Of a DNA stretch of 64,000 nucleotides, positions 12,828 to 21,750 are shown piece after piece (the stretch's first letter is position 1; the number at the start of each line of letters is the position of its first letter). Source of the DNA: an uncultured Gammaproteobacteria bacterium (GTDB lineage Bacteria > Patescibacteriota > Patescibacteriia > UBA9934); NCBI GenBank assembly GCA_964613815.1, contig CAZTKG010000003.1, positions 125,440 to 189,439 of the forward strand. The letters are read 5' to 3'. The notes below the pieces were generated by a model. The model was not told where the DNA came from. It saw nothing but the letters and a program-made list of their open reading frames with translations, and ran no database searches. The position numbers and the translations under genes are program-made.

Positions 12828-13712
12828 GTGGTCTAGAGCTTCTTCGGGGGAGTTGTATTCGATGTGGTAGATGACTCCAGGGTTTCCTCGGACGAATCTT
12901 GATAGTTTTGTGCCTTTTTTAGACATGAGCACGATCTGCTTGTTGTTTTTTTCTGCGAGGACGATTTCGCCACCGGCGCCTAGCGATGGGTAGGTGACTT
13001 CGGCGATTGTCATGTCTCGATTTGAGGCGTTTTCGAATCCGATGTTGTAGATTTCTTCTGGCGTAAGATCTTTTGCGACCTCTGGATCTGTATGCTGGTG
13101 GGGGACGTAGGCGTTGATCCCGAAGGATTCGCAGACACTTCCGATCGCTTCTAGGTAGCTTAGGAAGTCCTGACGGTCTTGTTGCGGGATGTTTGTGAGA
13201 GCGCTTGCGATGTAGGCGGTTTTTATTTTAACGCCAAGGACTTCGCCGTAGACTTTTTCTCGGGTGAATTCTTCTTTTGCGCCTTTGAGGAGGTAGACGT
13301 CTTTGACGCCGGCGTCTATTAAGACGTCCCAGCAGTATTTGCAGCACCACCAGTGGCCGTAGAGGTAGAGGTCTGATCCTTGGGTGTCGCGCCCTAATGA
13401 TTTTGCCACGTTGACGACGGTGCACTCTGCGTGTCCTGGAGGGTCGTGGACGGCGCAGAGGTCGTAGCCTTGGCCTGTGGGCGCGTCGTGGACGTAGCGC
13501 TTGCAGATGATTCTGGCACTTCGCCCCTTATTGAATCCGTTTCCAGCGCATGCGATTTCTACAGAATCTTTCACTAAACAGGCGCCGATTGGATAGAGCC
13601 GATCGCCGGACAAGTGATGACGCGCGAGCTTAGCCCGCTGCATGAATTTATTGTCTAGTGTCGTAAAACGAATTTCTTTGCCATCGGGAAGGTAAGGGTA
13701 CTCAATTTTCAT
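12789..13712 (-). CDS. dCMP (deoxycytidylate) deaminase fused to a C-terminal Rossmann-like domain of uncertain function (nucleoside 2-deoxyribosyltransferase / DNPH1-like)
   Basis: N-terminal GACLVKD...HAEC...CCKYC zinc-deaminase motifs (CDA fold). The extra ~140 aa is a C-terminal alpha/beta domain (KTAYIASALT...). Confidence 0.7.
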   Translation of the reverse strand: MKIEYPYLPDGKEIRFTTLDNKFMQRAKLARHHLSGDRLYPIGACLVKDSVEIACAGNGFNKGRSARIICKRYVHDAPTGQGYDLCAVHDPPGHAECTVVNVAKSLGRDTQGSDLYLYGHWWCCKYCWDVLIDAGVKDVYLLKGAKEEFTREKVYGEVLGVKIKTAYIASALTNIPQQDRQDFLSYLEAIGSVCESFGINAYVPHQHTDPEVAKDLTPEEIYNIGFENASNRDMTIAEVTYPSLGAGGEIVLAEKNNKQIVLMSKKGTKLSRFVRGNPGVIYHIEYNSPEEALDHLGRVLVQIDPKG

Positions 13713-14211
13713 AGGGTTTGAGATGAAGCAGTGCCGCTTCTCCCCCTAGCGATTCTTGCGAGATTAGGTCTAGTTTTACTGGATTAATACCGTCTGCGAG
13801 CCCCACTCCCCTGCCGAAGAGGATGGGCTCTATGGTGAGAAAATAGTCGGTGATGAGGCCTGCGTCGATGAATTGTTTGTAAATTTGGCCTCCGCCGGCG
13901 ATGACGCATGACTCGAATCCTCTGCCCTTTAGGCTGGAGATGATGTCTTCTGGTGTGACTGATGTATATTCTAGCTCGCCATGAATGGATTCGTAGCGCT
14001 CTGGACTACGGGTCATGACGATATTTAGACGGCCTGGCAGCGGCCTTCCGATGGTTTCGTAGGTTGTGCGGCCCATGATGAGGACGCCAGCCTCTTTGGT
14101 CTTCTTTACGAAAAAACGCTTGTCAGATTTACTGGTCCAATCTGCAAGCTGGTCGGATTCTTCGGCGATTTTTCCGTCGAGGGTGATCGCGGCGAGAAGC
14201 CAAGTGTTCAT
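13702..14211 (-). CDS. folA: dihydrofolate reductase (DHFR/RibD C-terminal family)
   Basis: DHFR-fold motifs (LDGKIA, IMGRTTYE, AGGGQIY). Overlaps the ThyA-like gene, arranged as in thyA-folA. Confidence 0.75.
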   Translation of the reverse strand: MNTWLLAAITLDGKIAEESDQLADWTSKSDKRFFVKKTKEAGVLIMGRTTYETIGRPLPGRLNIVMTRSPERYESIHGELEYTSVTPEDIISSLKGRGFESCVIAGGGQIYKQFIDAGLITDYFLTIEPILFGRGVGLADGINPVKLDLISQESLGGEAALLHLKPYEN

Positions 14212-15056
14212 ACGGAGATTTTCATTTTTTTGAGCGACTTCATGGGCTTGTACTGGTCTTTCAGCGATTGCGCGATCTCTTTGACGAGACTCACGTCTTC
14301 TGCGAGCGCGCGTTCGAAAGACCTTTCCGGGAGACGAAGCTTGATCTCCTGATGGCGATGCGGCATACGGCTGATGAGGGTTTTGGCTTGGTCGTAGTGA
14401 TTTCCGTAGACATGTGCGTGCGAGATGGAAACGGTGTACTTCCCCACCCCGGCCCGGAGCTCCTGCGCAAGCATGGATTGCAGGAGCGCGAAACCGGCCA
14501 CGTCGTGGGGATTTCCGAGCATCATGTCATTTGATCTGAGAACGAGATGGAGATTTAGTTTTCCGCCGATGATGTTTGCTGTGAACGTAAATGGACATGG
14601 GACATTCTTCTTTTTGGGTGCGGTGAGGCCGTCTGAGGCCGGGTCCCACATCATCACCACTCCCTGGCGGGATGTTGGCTCTGTTTTGAGGTGGTTGACG
14701 AGGTCCATGAGCTGGTCGCGGCCGAAATGATGTCGCCAACGGTAGCCATAAGCGGTCTGCATGGTGTTGTCCTCCTCTGCGAAATCGTCCCAGATCTTGG
14801 TGAATTGTTGAACGAATGAAAGATCTTTTTGGCCCGTGATCATCCAAACCACTTCTGAGACAAATAGGCCTATTGGGATTCTTCTGAGAGTTAGGAGTGG
14901 GAATCCATCTCCTGGACTTAGCTCCATTGTCCTTCCTGGAAGTGCAGTGATGTTGATCTTGGTTCGCTCGTGAAAAAACTCGTCGCCATTGATCATAATG
15001 GCGGCGATCATATCCCTGTATTGCTGATCGTACTTTGTCATAACGGTTTTTTTCAC
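14208..15056 (-). CDS. thymidylate synthase-fold enzyme carrying a dCMP-type specificity signature (ThyA / dCMP hydroxymethylase / dCMP methylase family)
   Basis: Ungapped alignment to E. coli ThyA over the PC(H)...GKL..L.(Q)RS.D..LG.P(F)N..A..ALL block. The catalytic Cys, R166, S167, D169, H207 and Y209 equivalents are present. The Asn177 equivalent is Asp (GNPHD) and PCH is PCP. Confidence 0.8.
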   Translation of the reverse strand: MKKTVMTKYDQQYRDMIAAIMINGDEFFHERTKINITALPGRTMELSPGDGFPLLTLRRIPIGLFVSEVVWMITGQKDLSFVQQFTKIWDDFAEEDNTMQTAYGYRWRHHFGRDQLMDLVNHLKTEPTSRQGVVMMWDPASDGLTAPKKKNVPCPFTFTANIIGGKLNLHLVLRSNDMMLGNPHDVAGFALLQSMLAQELRAGVGKYTVSISHAHVYGNHYDQAKTLISRMPHRHQEIKLRLPERSFERALAEDVSLVKEIAQSLKDQYKPMKSLKKMKISV

Positions 15057-15120
15057 CCTAGCAAATCAACCTTTTGCTGCAATGATGGATTGTGGACAGA
15101 TCGAAATGCGGGTCTATTTT

Positions 15121-15129
15121 TGGTATAAT
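15121..15129 (+). promoter_or_regulatory. extended -10 element TGGTATAAT upstream of tmk
   Basis: TGnTATAAT consensus 10 nt upstream of the adjusted start. Confidence 0.4.
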
Positions 15130-15138
15130 GTGAGCGCT

Positions 15139-15936
15139 ATGAACGATCGATCGCGTTTTGTTGTTGTGGAGGGGATAACTGGAAGTGGAAAATCTACCTG
15201 CCTTCGTGCGATTCACGCGTATTTGGTTGATCAAGGCCTTCGTGTTTTTGATGCCCAAGCCTTTGCTGAGGAGTCGCACGATCCGCCGCATTTTGATAGC
15301 CATGGCGATTTTGATGTCTACTTTACGTTTGAGCCAACGAAATGGTGGGTTGGGCATGCGATTCGGAAGGAGATGTCGTTTGGTGATACGTACTCTGGAC
15401 TTGAGCAGGCGCATGCGTTTTCTCTTGATCGACTTATTCAGTACAGACGATTTATCTTGCCAGCGCTTCGAGCTGGAAAGACCGTGATTCAAGATCGGTG
15501 CGTGTCCTCCTCCCTCTTGTATCAGCCGATCATTGCCGGAGGTCCACATCAAGATGCTGTTGCCGCCCTCCCTGGGAATGCGCTTGCGCTCAAGCATGCG
15601 CCGGGGCATCTCATTGTTCTTGATCTGGATGCGAAGAAGGCTTGCGAGAGGCTGCAGGGGCGATTTGATGAATCTAAGGGCGTATTTGAGCAACTGGAGC
15701 TTTTACAGAATATTGATAAACGCATTCGCTCTGACTGGTTTCGTGACTTATTTACTTCGCGCGGCACGACAATTCATGCGCTTGATGCGGATGGTACGCC
15801 CGATATTGTTGCGCAGCGATCTATTGAACTTATCCAATCCATTATTCCCGACCTATGCCCGCAAAAAAACTCATCTCCGTTGGACAGCTCATTGACGAGA
15901 CGTGGGACCACTACCGTGCAAAGTTCCCAGACTTAA
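15139..15936 (+). CDS. tmk: thymidylate (dNMP) kinase family protein
   Basis: P-loop VVVEGITGSGKST and a DRCVSSSLLYQ (DRYxxSxxAYQ) motif. The start was moved to MNDRS. The 3' end overlaps the next ORF by ~80 nt. Confidence 0.7.
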   Translation: MNDRSRFVVVEGITGSGKSTCLRAIHAYLVDQGLRVFDAQAFAEESHDPPHFDSHGDFDVYFTFEPTKWWVGHAIRKEMSFGDTYSGLEQAHAFSLDRLIQYRRFILPALRAGKTVIQDRCVSSSLLYQPIIAGGPHQDAVAALPGNALALKHAPGHLIVLDLDAKKACERLQGRFDESKGVFEQLELLQNIDKRIRSDWFRDLFTSRGTTIHALDADGTPDIVAQRSIELIQSIIPDLCPQKNSSPLDSSLTRRGTTTVQSSQT

Positions 15937-16733
15937 CACGCGTATCTCTTTGGCTCTTCTTGGGCGCGCTCCTTTGGACGATTGGCGTCATTATTGCTCC
16001 CGTTGGAGACCCGATGGATATTCTGTTTACAGGAACTCAATCGCTTTCTGATATTCTTGGAAGTGCCTGGCTTATTGTGGTGAGCGCCATTATTCAACCA
16101 CTTATCTTTGTTTGGGTGGTGCTTGCGATGATTCTCTTGATTGAGCGACAATTTCTCCGTAAGAAAATTGGTAATCCCGCGAAGGATGCGACAAAGCTGT
16201 TCTTGCCCTATGTCTGGATCAGCCTTTTGAAAACAGCTATTACCTTCCTCCCCTTTCTCCTTATTGCTCCAGGGATTGTAATCCTGTTGACCGAGGCACT
16301 GGGTGGAGATGCTCCGTTTTTGGAGGGAATTGGTTCAATTCTGTTGTTAGCTGGCATCGTTGCTACAATTTGCTTGGTTTTTGCGTTCTTGGTCCGCTTT
16401 GCTTTTGTGGGATACGAACTTACGCTCCATGATCACCGTGGTCTCAAGGCCCTGAAGGCCTCCAATGCCCTTGTGAAGGGGCGATTCTGGTCTGTATTTT
16501 GGCGATATATTGCTCCGCGAATGGTGTTTGGCGCTGCGGCGGTCGTGATTCAACTCGCGCTTTACTTTGTGCTCATCGTCTCTCTGGCTGCCATTCCTGC
16601 GACAGGACCTGCCATGTTCAAGATCTCTAGCGTGCTCTTGCAGATTAATGATGTTCTTGTTCTCGTTCTTCTACTTCCAATTCTAACCATTGCTGACTAC
16701 AAATTATTCGACAGTCTTCGTAAGACCAAATAA
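15855..16733 (+). CDS. hypothetical polytopic membrane protein (tandem paralog 1)
   Basis: 6-7 TM helices and a shared KGRFWSVFWRY motif with the next gene. Confidence 0.5.
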   Translation: MPAKKLISVGQLIDETWDHYRAKFPDLTRVSLWLFLGALLWTIGVIIAPVGDPMDILFTGTQSLSDILGSAWLIVVSAIIQPLIFVWVVLAMILLIERQFLRKKIGNPAKDATKLFLPYVWISLLKTAITFLPFLLIAPGIVILLTEALGGDAPFLEGIGSILLLAGIVATICLVFAFLVRFAFVGYELTLHDHRGLKALKASNALVKGRFWSVFWRYIAPRMVFGAAAVVIQLALYFVLIVSLAAIPATGPAMFKISSVLLQINDVLVLVLLLPILTIADYKLFDSLRKTK

Positions 16734-16735
16734 CT

Positions 16736-17509
16736 ATGGATACCACACAAGCAGTTCAAGCCACCTCCCCTGCTGCTGGCGCACTCATGAGCGCCAGCGA
16801 CCTCATACGCGCAACATTTCAAACGTATAAGTCTCATCTTGGAATGTATTTTGGATTTGGCGCCTGGCTCTTTATTCCGGCAGTTTTGATCATTCTTGGA
16901 TCCCTTCTTGCAGGCTCTTCGGATGGAGCTGCTGTTGCCGATGGAATTGCTAGCTTTTCGACGCTTCTGTATGTCATTCTCACGCTCTGGGTCACGGCGG
17001 TAACGATTCTTGCTACGAATAACCTTGGCGCCGGCGCTCAGGCTCGTGGGCTTGGCAGTGCTGCATGGGGGCTTGTTCCGTCCTTGATCCTTATCATGAT
17101 CCTTCAAACTTTTATTACGATTTTTGGATATATTCTCCTCATTATTCCTGGCATTATCTTTTCCATCTGGTTTAGCTTCTCAGGCGTTGTGCAGGCGGTT
17201 GAAAAGCCTGGGGTTGTTGCTTCATTGAAACGCAGTCGCGCGCTTGTCCGTGGCCGCTGGTGGGGCGTGTTTGGTCGAGGACTCTTGTTTGGGCTTGTTA
17301 CGGGGATTGCCTATATTGCCATTACGTTTGCCGTTCTTCTTGTGACCGGCGGGCTTTCTAGCATCGGGGGAAGCGTTATTGGGCCAATTGCAGAACTTCT
17401 TATTCGACTTGTCGATGTTCTCTTTATTCCATTTTATGCTGTATTCATGACCTTGTTTTATCGAGATCTGGTTAAATCACCTTCTGCTCCTGCAAAAGCT
17501 GCAGCCTAA
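16736..17509 (+). CDS. hypothetical polytopic membrane protein (tandem paralog 2)
   Basis: Same architecture as the previous gene (RGRWWGVFGRG motif). Confidence 0.5.
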   Translation: MDTTQAVQATSPAAGALMSASDLIRATFQTYKSHLGMYFGFGAWLFIPAVLIILGSLLAGSSDGAAVADGIASFSTLLYVILTLWVTAVTILATNNLGAGAQARGLGSAAWGLVPSLILIMILQTFITIFGYILLIIPGIIFSIWFSFSGVVQAVEKPGVVASLKRSRALVRGRWWGVFGRGLLFGLVTGIAYIAITFAVLLVTGGLSSIGGSVIGPIAELLIRLVDVLFIPFYAVFMTLFYRDLVKSPSAPAKAAA

Positions 17510-17581
17510 GAGGGATTTTATAAAACCGATTCCGCGTGAATCGGTTTTATTTTTGAGAAAATCCTGCTAGAATCGGCTCAT

Positions 17582-19090
17582 ATGAATCTAGCGCCCGTGA
17601 TTGGTCTTGAGACCCATATTCAGCTGAAAACAAAGACAAAGCTCTTTTGTGCGTGTTCGAATGATGCGCGCCAAAGCGGGCCGAATGCCCATATTTGTCC
17701 TGTTTGCCTTGGGCACCCTGGCGTCTTGCCGGTACCGAATCGTCAGGCGGTTGAATGGTCTGTCTTGCTCGGTCTTGCTTTGAATGGGTCTATTTCTGGG
17801 TATTCGAAGTTTGATCGGAAGCATTACTTTTACCCTGATTTACCTAAGGCTTATCAGATTTCGCAGTTTGACTTGCCGATTATGGAGGATGGGCATGTTG
17901 TTTTGGATGTTCCCGGCGAGGGCGAGGTTCGGATTGACATTGAGCGACTTCATCTTGAGGAGGATGCGGCGAAAAACCTGCATGGTGATGATGGGTCTAC
18001 GTATGTTGACTTTAACCGTGGAGGGACGCCGCTTTGCGAGATTGTGACGAAGCCGGTGATTAAGTCCTCTGCTCAGGCGAAGGCTTATATGCAGTATCTA
18101 CGATTGCTCGCTCGTACGCTTGAGGTTTCTGACGGGGATATGGAAAAAGGTAATTTACGATGTGATGTGAACATCTCGCTTCGTGAGGTGGACGATGAGG
18201 GGAATCCGCTTTCTGATGAATTGCATGCGAAGACAGAAATCAAAAATGTGAACTCGTTTAAGGCTGTTGAGCGGGCGATCGCGTATGAGATTAAGCGGCA
18301 GACGGAGCTTTGGGAGGCCGGGAAGGCGCCGGGTGTGAATACGACTCGTCGGTGGATTGATGCGAAGCAGAAGACGGAGCAGTCTCGGAGCAAAGAGGAC
18401 GCGGCGGATTATCGGTATTTCCCTGAGCCGGATATTCCTCCAATGAAGCTTGAGGTGATGCGGGATGAGATTCAGGCTCGGATGCCTGAGTTGCCACTTG
18501 CGAAGAAGCATCGGTTTGTGGAGGAGTATGGGTTCCGACCTTCTGATGCGGGAGCGCTTATTGATGATGCGGCTGTTGCGGGATTTACGGAGAATGCGAT
18601 GAGCGAACTTGGGGCATGGCTGCAGAGTTCGCCAGATATTGATGCTGAGGCGATGCCGGAGATGCGGAAGAAGCTTGTGAAGCTGTATGCTGGATGGGTT
18701 TTGAATAAGCTTGCGGGGGTTCTCGCGGAGCGGAAGATTTTGTTTGGTGAGATGAAGGTGACGGCGGAGAATTTTGCAGAGTTTATTTTGATGATTGCTC
18801 GAGGGGAGGTTACGGGGACGAAGGGACTGGAGATTCTTGGTGAGATGGTTGATACGGGCGGTGACCCTTCGCAGATTGTGGAGAGTATGGGAGCGAAGCG
18901 GATTGATGATGAAGGGGCGCTTGGGGAGGTTATTGATGGCATTATTGCCGATAATCCTGGGGAGGTTGAGCGGTTTAAGGGCGGTGAGGCGAAGTTGATG
19001 CAGTTCTTTATTGGGCAGGTGATGAAGGCGACGACTGGGAATGCGGATCCGGGGGCTGCGGCAAAGATTTTGAAGCAGAAGTTGGGATAG
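17582..19090 (+). CDS. gatB: Asp-tRNA(Asn)/Glu-tRNA(Gln) amidotransferase subunit B
   Basis: GLETH...C.C motif at the N-terminus and a GatB/YqeY C-terminal domain. Confidence 0.95.
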   Translation: MNLAPVIGLETHIQLKTKTKLFCACSNDARQSGPNAHICPVCLGHPGVLPVPNRQAVEWSVLLGLALNGSISGYSKFDRKHYFYPDLPKAYQISQFDLPIMEDGHVVLDVPGEGEVRIDIERLHLEEDAAKNLHGDDGSTYVDFNRGGTPLCEIVTKPVIKSSAQAKAYMQYLRLLARTLEVSDGDMEKGNLRCDVNISLREVDDEGNPLSDELHAKTEIKNVNSFKAVERAIAYEIKRQTELWEAGKAPGVNTTRRWIDAKQKTEQSRSKEDAADYRYFPEPDIPPMKLEVMRDEIQARMPELPLAKKHRFVEEYGFRPSDAGALIDDAAVAGFTENAMSELGAWLQSSPDIDAEAMPEMRKKLVKLYAGWVLNKLAGVLAERKILFGEMKVTAENFAEFILMIARGEVTGTKGLEILGEMVDTGGDPSQIVESMGAKRIDDEGALGEVIDGIIADNPGEVERFKGGEAKLMQFFIGQVMKATTGNADPGAAAKILKQKLG

Positions 19091-19097
19091 CTTGAAG

Positions 19098-19132
19098 AAA
19101 ACACCAGAGCTGATGAGCTCTGGTGTTTTTTT
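19098..19132 (+). terminator. rho-independent terminator after gatB
   Basis: aaaacaccagagc-tgatg-agctctggtgttttttt. Confidence 0.55.
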
Positions 19133-19146
19133 GATATCTCCTGCCG

Positions 19147-19194
19147 CCATCTCGACCTTGGCGGAGAGATCTCTCCACTGCGGTCGAGATGGGA
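19147..19194. repeat. dispersed nested palindromic repeat, copy 1 (CCATCTCGACC-N5-GGAGAGATCTCTCC-N5-GGTCGAGATGG)
   Basis: Exact 11-bp outer arms and a 14-bp central palindrome, between convergent gatB and miaA. Confidence 0.8.
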
Positions 19195-19209
19195 GTGGAG
19201 GGTTTTTAT

Positions 19210-19941
19210 TTATTTGATGAAATCTCGGACCATTTCCATCACCCCCTCCCCGCTCGTGATCCAAACGATGTTGTCGTTTCGCTTGAACCACGTCATTTGG
19301 CGTTTCGCGTAGTGGCGCGTGTCTCGTTTGATGAGCCTGATGGCTTCTGCTAGATCGTATTCGCCTTCTAGGTGATTGATGATTTGGCGGTAGCCGATAC
19401 CCGTCATGGCTGTGGCGGTTTTTGGGTAGGATTTTAGGAGTGTTTGGACTTCTTCGATGAGACCCTCTTCGATCATTTGATCTACTCGCGCGTTGATGCG
19501 GGCGTATAGCTCCTCTTTTTCTATTTTGATGCCGATTTGGAGAGCTTGATATTTGGATGGGCCTTTTGTGTCAGCGGAATCGAATTGGTAGTTATCAATG
19601 AGCGCTTCTGTGTAGAGGCCGGTGCCTCCGGCGATGATGGGGAGCCCTCCCCTGCTTTTGATTTCGGTGATTTTTGCCTCGGCGAAGTCTTTGAATTCTG
19701 CCGCCGAGTAAGCTTCGTCGGGGTTTCTGATGTCGATGCCCCAGTGCGAGATACCTTCGATGAGCAAAGCGCCCGCTGGATCGAGTGATCCTGCGGGTTT
19801 TGCTGTGCCGATATTCATCCCACGGTAGATCTGGCGGGAATCTGCTGATATGACCTCGCCCTTGAATACCTTTGCGATATTGATGGCGAGCGCGGTTTTG
19901 CCGGCGGCGGTTGGGCCGATGATGGCGACGATTTTCTCCAT
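19210..19941 (-). CDS. miaA: tRNA dimethylallyltransferase
   Basis: P-loop GPTAAGKT, then DSRQIYRGMNIGTAKP. The start was moved to MEKIV. Confidence 0.9.
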   Translation of the reverse strand: MEKIVAIIGPTAAGKTALAINIAKVFKGEVISADSRQIYRGMNIGTAKPAGSLDPAGALLIEGISHWGIDIRNPDEAYSAAEFKDFAEAKITEIKSRGGLPIIAGGTGLYTEALIDNYQFDSADTKGPSKYQALQIGIKIEKEELYARINARVDQMIEEGLIEEVQTLLKSYPKTATAMTGIGYRQIINHLEGEYDLAEAIRLIKRDTRHYAKRQMTWFKRNDNIVWITSGEGVMEMVRDFIK

Positions 19942-19945
19942 ACTC

Positions 19946-21688
19946 CTAGAGCGGGAGCTTTGCGGCCTCCCCTGCCCTGCTTGCAAGCTCCGCCTGTGGG
20001 AATGTGAGATCTTCTTCTTGGCCGAAGACGTTTATGGTGAGATCTCCTCCCTCCGTCTCTCGGTTGCCGATGACGATGGTCCATGGGGTTTTCATCATCG
20101 CTGCGGCTCGGATCTTTTTGCCGATTTTTTCACTTGTGCTGTCTACGGAAACTCGAATGTCGGCCTCTGACAGTTCTGCTGCGAGCTTTTCTGCATGTGG
20201 GATGACGGCGTCGTTTACGGTGACAAGGCGGACCTGCTCTGGAGCGAGCCAGAATGGAAATGCGCCTGCGACGTGCTCGATGAGGACAGAGAGGAAGCGT
20301 TCGATGGAGCCCATGATAGCGGCGTGAATCATGACGATGCGCTCGCTTGATCCGTCTTCTGCGATGCAGCTGAGGTCGAAACTCTCTGGCATAGATCGGT
20401 CGATTTGGATGGTTGCGACTTGCCATTCGCGGCCGATGGAGTCCTTTGCGATGAAGTCGATCTTTGGTCCGTAGAATGCAGCTTCGCCTGGCGCTACTGT
20501 GTAATCTGCGCCGCGTTCTTTGATCCATGCTTCGAACTCGTCTACTGCTGCGTCCCAGGTTTCGATAGAGCCCATGTAGGCGTCCATGTTATCTGGATCG
20601 TGTGTGGACAGGCGGACATTTAGCTCGAAGCCGAATGCGCCGTAGAATGTTTCGATGATGTCCCATATCTTGAGCGCCTCTTCTTTTGCTTGAGACTCTC
20701 GGCAGAAGACGTGGGCATCGTCTTGAGTGATGGAGCGGACGCGTGCGAGACCAGCGAGCTCGCCTGTTTGCTCATCGCGATAAACGACGGTTGTATTTGA
20801 ATAGCGCTGTGGCATGTCTCGGTAGCTCCAGAGCTGGCGTTTGAAGATTTGTGTGTGGTGCGGGCAGTTCATTGGCTTGAGCGCGAACTCGTGGTCTTCT
20901 CGGGTTTTGATGCGGAAGAGGTCGTCTTTGAACTTGTCCCAGTGACCGCTTGTTTCGTAGAGATCTTTTTTGGTGATGTGTGGGATTTCTACTTTTTGGT
21001 AACCTCGGGCGCGGCGCATTTGCCAGACGAACTCGTCTAGAACAGTTCTGAGAACGGTCCCGCGCGGGGTGAAGAGTGGGAGACCGGATCCGACTAGATC
21101 GGAAAAAGTGAATAGGTCTAGTTCTTTGCCGAGTTTTCGGTGGTCTCGTTTTTTCGCCTCCTCGATCATGGCGAGATGGGCCTTTAGTTCTTTTTTGTTG
21201 TTGAATGCGACGCCGTAGATTCGGGTGAGCATTTTGTTCTTTTCGTCCCCTCTCCAGTAGGCGCCGGCGACTTTTGTGAGCTTGAAGCTTTGCGGGTCGA
21301 TTTCTTCTGTTTTTGTGACGTGGGGGCCGAGACAGAGGTTTTCGAACCAGTCAGACTTGTAGAAGCTGACGTTTTTTTCTCCCTTCTCTTTTAGCTCGTT
21401 GATGAGCTCTGTTTTGTAGGGGTCGTTTTTATATTCTTTGAGCGCTGGGTCGAAATCCATACTGTGCTGCTCGAAAGCGATGTTGGATTTGATGATTTCT
21501 CGCATGCGAGCTTCGAGCTTTTCGAAGATTTCCTCCGAGATTGGTTCTGGGAGGTCGTAGTCTTGGTAGAAGCCGTTTTCTATGACTGGACCGACACCGA
21601 GGCCTGCATTTGGATACAGTTCGACAACCGCCATGGTCATGATGTGGGATAGGGAGTGACGATTCTTATATATTTGGTCGTTTTGCAT
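19946..21688 (-). CDS. thrS: threonine--tRNA ligase (lacks the N-terminal TGS domain)
   Basis: HxxxH editing-domain motif, class II motifs and a C-terminal anticodon-binding domain. The start was moved to MQNDQ because the longer N-terminus overlaps the repeat element. Confidence 0.85.
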   Translation of the reverse strand: MQNDQIYKNRHSLSHIMTMAVVELYPNAGLGVGPVIENGFYQDYDLPEPISEEIFEKLEARMREIIKSNIAFEQHSMDFDPALKEYKNDPYKTELINELKEKGEKNVSFYKSDWFENLCLGPHVTKTEEIDPQSFKLTKVAGAYWRGDEKNKMLTRIYGVAFNNKKELKAHLAMIEEAKKRDHRKLGKELDLFTFSDLVGSGLPLFTPRGTVLRTVLDEFVWQMRRARGYQKVEIPHITKKDLYETSGHWDKFKDDLFRIKTREDHEFALKPMNCPHHTQIFKRQLWSYRDMPQRYSNTTVVYRDEQTGELAGLARVRSITQDDAHVFCRESQAKEEALKIWDIIETFYGAFGFELNVRLSTHDPDNMDAYMGSIETWDAAVDEFEAWIKERGADYTVAPGEAAFYGPKIDFIAKDSIGREWQVATIQIDRSMPESFDLSCIAEDGSSERIVMIHAAIMGSIERFLSVLIEHVAGAFPFWLAPEQVRLVTVNDAVIPHAEKLAAELSEADIRVSVDSTSEKIGKKIRAAAMMKTPWTIVIGNRETEGGDLTINVFGQEEDLTFPQAELASRAGEAAKLPL

Positions 21689-21701
21689 ATGCGTCTTTGC
21701 C

Positions 21702-21750
21702 CCATCTCGAGCGAAGTCGAGAGATCTCTCCACTTCGGTCGAGATGGGAA
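21702..21750. repeat. dispersed nested palindromic repeat, copy 2
   Basis: CCATCTCGAGC...GAGAGATCTCTC...GGTCGAGATGG, 14 nt upstream of the thrS start. Confidence 0.8.

Noticed and set aside
18155-19291. 378-aa minus-strand ORF, plus the 18472..19104 ORF
   Set aside because: Antisense to gatB. Repetitive R/L/P/H composition and no motifs.
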